This document shows positions 17,099 to 20,000 of a stretch of DNA of 20,000 bases, in pieces (the first letter of the stretch is position 1; every line of letters begins with the position of its first letter). The DNA lies in IMG/VR virus record IMGVR_UViG_3300002835_015924; one strand, given 5' to 3'. The notes below the pieces were generated by a model that saw only the letters and a list, made by a program, of their open reading frames with translations, made no database searches and was not told the origin of the DNA. This DNA comes from an uncultured virus (IMG/VR IMGVR_UViG_3300002835_015924) (taxonomy: Duplodnaviria > Heunggongvirae > Uroviricota > Caudoviricetes). Both the position numbers and the translations under genes were made by a program.

Positions 17099-17685
17099 GG
17101 GTTTCCACCATAAACTTGAATCAGAGATTCCTTTACTTTAAGCCTATCTTTACTCACGCTGATTTTTTTATCGTATGATGATTGTGTGATATTTTCTGGC
17201 CAAATATAATCCCTTCTAAATAAATCTGGGTCTTTCATTTCTTCCCATTTGAATTGTGAATACCATTGTATAGTTTCATCTGCCTTCTTTCTGCCATTTT
17301 CTTTTTCTTCAAAGCCTTTTTGAAGTAATCTAGCTCTGTGCGAAGAGTGTATTTCTTCGTCACCAAGCCATACAGGAGAAGAAAGTGAAGTAGTATATTT
17401 CTTATATTCTGACAGTTTTGCGTCAATATAATCAGTTTTACAATCTCGATTTTTCATTTCTAGAGAATTGTAAATCAAATATTCCACTAAGGCTCCAGGT
17501 GTGGCAGCCCAGGCAATCAAAGCTGGATGATTCATCCATCCTTTTCTGAGTTTACCTGATTTTGTTGGAATATTGAACATTATATCTAGCAATTGTGAAG
17601 CTTCTAATCCTTGTTTCACTAATCTTTTTGTGTCTAATGATTCAAGGCTTTTTTGATAATCGGCATAGGGCATAAATACTTGCAT
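17089..17685 (-). CDS. Pyrimidine-dimer DNA glycosylase/endonuclease V-like protein (MSMEG_6728 family)
   Basis: MQVFMPY...LDTKRLVKQGLE, GWMNHPA, WLGDEEIHSSHRARLLQK, YIWP. Confidence 0.8.
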   Translation of the reverse strand: MQVFMPYADYQKSLESLDTKRLVKQGLEASQLLDIMFNIPTKSGKLRKGWMNHPALIAWAATPGALVEYLIYNSLEMKNRDCKTDYIDAKLSEYKKYTTSLSSPVWLGDEEIHSSHRARLLQKGFEEKENGRKKADETIQWYSQFKWEEMKDPDLFRRDYIWPENITQSSYDKKISVSKDRLKVKESLIQVYGGNPWM

Positions 17686-17740
17686 ATTTAATATTACGAA
17701 AAATAATTGAAAAATAGGTAAGTTTTGTGTGACTTGAGTA

Positions 17741-17769
17741 GTAACAAATTAGACACACAAAACGTCTAA
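17741..17769 (+). promoter_or_regulatory. Putative ECF-sigma-type promoter GTAAC-N17-CGTCTA upstream of the STN gene
   Basis: GTAAC 17741-17745 and CGTC 17763-17766, matching the AAC/CGT ECF consensus. Confidence 0.45.
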
Positions 17770-17806
17770 AGAATAGTAACTCAATGAAGAGTTAAATTGG
17801 AGAAAA

Positions 17807-18412
17807 ATGAACAAAAAAATTTTAAGTTTTGTATTAATTGTGATAAGCCTTTTCACATTCGCCTCATTGTCTTGCGCACAATTCAATGGTTCTACCAAAA
17901 AAATAACTGTGGAATACAAAGACACAGATGTTAGGGAGGCAATTATGGCTATTTTACATTCAGCCAATATCAGTTACTCGATTTATCCAGAAGTGCAAGG
18001 ACAAATAACTTTGTCAGTAAAAGAAGTACCTTTAGAAAATGTTCTAGAAAATATCCTTAGACAAGTGGATTGCACCTACGAATATGTAGCTGGACTGATT
18101 GTCGTTAAGAAGAGAAAGGAAGAAATAATTCCAGAAACTACAGACATAACAACTTCACAACCTAATAAACCCACAAAGGTAATCAGAAGATTAGTGATTA
18201 GAAGTGCAGATCCTTTGCTAATTTCAATGCTGCTCAGTGGAAGCCAAAATTACTTTGGAAGCCCCGAACCCATTCAGGCTTCATACTTATCAACAGGTTT
18301 CGGTATGAATGGCATGTTTTCAGGTATGAACGGAGGAATGAGCGGATTTGGCGGTATGACCGGAAATGGTGGATTTGGTCAATCAGGTGCGCCAGGAAAT
18401 AGAGGTAATTAA
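17807..18412 (+). CDS. Exported protein with secretin/TonB short N-terminal (STN)-like domain and Gly/Met-rich tail
   Basis: Sec signal peptide MNKKILSFVLIVISLFTFASLSCA; ITVEYKDTDVREAI...VQGQITLSVKEVPLENVLENIL; GGMSGFGG tail; GGAG SD. Confidence 0.78.
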   Translation: MNKKILSFVLIVISLFTFASLSCAQFNGSTKKITVEYKDTDVREAIMAILHSANISYSIYPEVQGQITLSVKEVPLENVLENILRQVDCTYEYVAGLIVVKKRKEEIIPETTDITTSQPNKPTKVIRRLVIRSADPLLISMLLSGSQNYFGSPEPIQASYLSTGFGMNGMFSGMNGGMSGFGGMTGNGGFGQSGAPGNRGN

Positions 18413-18416
18413 ATGT

Positions 18417-18440
18417 AGGGGGGAAATCCCCCCTTTTTTT
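18417..18440 (+). terminator. Rho-independent terminator
   Basis: AGGGGGG-AAAT-CCCCCCT hairpin followed by a T-tract, just after the STN gene stop. Confidence 0.85.
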
Positions 18441-18714
18441 ATCTTTCTGAGGGAGGAGTGTATGAAGCGATCAAATCTACTGCAATTTTTTCCAGGCCAT
18501 CCACGCCTTCTGTGACCTTTTCGAGTTGCGTTAAAACTAATTTAAGATTTTCATGCACTTCTTCAAGATGTGGTTCTTCCCAGGTTTGAACTCTTCCAAT
18601 GAGTGCATTTAAATTTAAGAATTGCACTTTATTATGAAATCTGTTCACAATAGCGTCGATTAAAAATACACAATGCAAGATATCCTTGAGTTTTTCTACT
18701 TGTTTTTCTTCCAT
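18439..18714 (-). CDS. Hypothetical protein (91 aa, helical)
   Basis: ORF with GTAAAAT-N6-ATG box. Confidence 0.7.
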   Translation of the reverse strand: MEEKQVEKLKDILHCVFLIDAIVNRFHNKVQFLNLNALIGRVQTWEEPHLEEVHENLKLVLTQLEKVTEGVDGLEKIAVDLIASYTPPSER

Positions 18715-18731
18715 AAAATTATTTTACATTT

Positions 18732-19190
18732 TTATTCTGAAAAAACAGCATACTCTTGACCATTTTTTTCATAAGAGCCTACTTGAATTGCCCCAGCTGC
18801 GTTGATTAAAGCATCTGCACCTTGAGATTTTACCGCTTTCCCTTCGTGACAAGCTATATAATTCATCCCTGGATAATTTTTTTGCATCCATTCTTGGAAC
18901 TGATCTTCATTCGCTTGATAAAGCTCGCCAGCTTTGCCTTCTCTAGGAATACTAAACATTACACCTGATGGTGAATCAATTCCATGAAGCAATAAAATTT
19001 GACTAGTTCTACCATCAGAAGTTTTGACAGTGATTGGTGCAGGAGGACTATTTTGATTTATGTTAGATATGCTTCCTGCAGTAATTTCTACCTCCAGAGC
19101 ACCCCCAGATGGAATTGTTTGTTTAGGTTTGGTAGGGTCTAATTCCTCTGTATTGTTCAAATCTATATTTTGAGAATATCTGTACCACAT
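18732..19190 (-). CDS. Hypothetical protein starting MWYRYSQ (start revised to ATG 19190); possible His-Cys peptidase-like motifs
   Basis: First ATG in frame; TAAAGG motif at -35; LLLHG and YIACH motifs. Confidence 0.7.
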   Translation of the reverse strand: MWYRYSQNIDLNNTEELDPTKPKQTIPSGGALEVEITAGSISNINQNSPPAPITVKTSDGRTSQILLLHGIDSPSGVMFSIPREGKAGELYQANEDQFQEWMQKNYPGMNYIACHEGKAVKSQGADALINAAGAIQVGSYEKNGQEYAVFSE

Positions 19191-19225
19191 AATATTAGTT
19201 TTGTGTGATTTAAAACTCAAAACCT

Positions 19226-19738
19226 TTAAGCAAATTTATCACACTTATCAAAACTTGCACCAAGTTTATCTTTATCAGATATTATTATTGGCAAATCTTT
19301 CCATGCAATTTTAAGGCTATTGTAAATTAAAGTTCTGTCATGTTTGGGGCTATAATAATCTGAACATTTGTAATAGAAAGTAGTGTTTTCTTCTAAACTT
19401 TGAAAACCATGTGCAAACCCTTCAGGCACAAACATTGCTAACCCGTTTTCAGCTGAAAGTTCAATTTCAAACCATTTACCAAATGTTTCAGAAGATTTTC
19501 TCAAATCCACAACAACATCCAATACTTTCCCACACAAAACGTACACCAGTTTTGCTTGTGGATTTTCAATTTGATAATGTAAACCTCTTATCACACCTTT
19601 TTTAGACACAGAGCAATTATCTTGCACAAAATTACAGGGATAAGTTTTGTGTTTGTTGACAAATATTTCAGAAAATTTTCCTCTGTCATCCCCAAAACAT
19701 TTAAGTTGTTGGACAATAATTCCGCCAAATGGTTCCAT
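19226..19738 (-). CDS. rmlC: dTDP-4-dehydrorhamnose 3,5-epimerase
   Basis: DDRGKFSE, VQDNCSVSKKGVIRGLHYQ, QAKLV, DVVVDLRKSSETFGKW, PEGFAHGF, ISDKD. Confidence 0.95.
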   Translation of the reverse strand: MEPFGGIIVQQLKCFGDDRGKFSEIFVNKHKTYPCNFVQDNCSVSKKGVIRGLHYQIENPQAKLVYVLCGKVLDVVVDLRKSSETFGKWFEIELSAENGLAMFVPEGFAHGFQSLEENTTFYYKCSDYYSPKHDRTLIYNSLKIAWKDLPIIISDKDKLGASFDKCDKFA

Positions 19739-19787
19739 TTAATTTTTGTACACAGGTTGTATGTTTACTTTTCTTTAAAATTTCTTT

Positions 19788-20000
19788 ATGGACAATCGAT
19801 TATTTATTGAGCTATGTGAAGAATTAGATAATTCTCAAATGTATAAACAAGCCAATGAAATAGAAACATTTTTTTTGAAAACAAGTCAGAATAATGGCAA
19901 GAAAAAACTGACAAAAGAACAACTTGATTTAGTTAAAAAACAGCCCACTCTTCAACAGAAAAGAAGTGTCCTACAAAAGCTAGTAGATTTTTTAACAGGA
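19788..20000 (+). CDS. Partial hypothetical protein (MDNRLFIELCEELDNSQMYKQANEIETFFLKTSQ...), runs off window end
   Basis: Manually translated, 71 open codons to the window end; AGG-N19-TAAA motif upstream. Confidence 0.75.
   Translation, partial: MDNRLFIELCEELDNSQMYKQANEIETFFLKTSQNNGKKKLTKEQLDLVKKQPTLQQKRSVLQKLVDFLTG

Noticed and set aside
18290..18410. Imperfect GGTATGAA/GGCGG repeats
   Set aside because: Simply encode the Gly/Met-rich protein tail
574..19810. Many 60-120 aa shadow ORFs (e.g. 574-825, 2598-2900, 7041-7400, 11019-11318, 11649-11984, 16711-16974, 17749-17967, 19411-19605)
   Set aside because: Antisense or out-of-frame to well-supported genes, no motifs or start signals
1..20000. 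Stop-codon reassignment as seen in some large phages
   Set aside because: Recognisable genes are full length in code 11 and TAA, TAG and TGA all terminate genes at expected ends

Overview
AT-rich, very gene-dense window that most likely comes from a large (jumbo/huge) bacteriophage. This is inferred from the dNMP kinase, SLOG protein, DenV-like glycosylase, phage-type hypotheticals, tiny intergenic gaps and lack of housekeeping operons; no structural hallmark gene is in the window. Bases 1-10854 plus rmlC at 19226-19738 form a nucleotide-sugar/glycosylation island: transaldolase, GmhA-like isomerase, HddA-like kinase, HddC-GmhB fusion, Gfo/Idh/MocA oxidoreductase, four SDR epimerase/dehydratases and putative glycosyltransferases. 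It is followed by ahcY, small ORFs and a complete IS605-type element (divergent tnpA/tnpB). The element ends can be read to the base (14182-16006), giving a predicted TAM ATAC and guide GTAAAATCAGATAAAG. The most striking unannotated structure is regulatory. (i) A G-TAHAAD box lies 6 nt before the start codon of 11 genes, with three near matches at 5-7 nt, implying leaderless transcription and correcting several ORF starts. (ii) A second AGG-N19-NAAW motif lies at -34 to -36 of proteins with a [RK]xSQ N-terminal motif and of both transposon genes. (iii) The transposon target motif is the reverse complement of the promoter box, so the element inserted exactly upstream of a -10 element.
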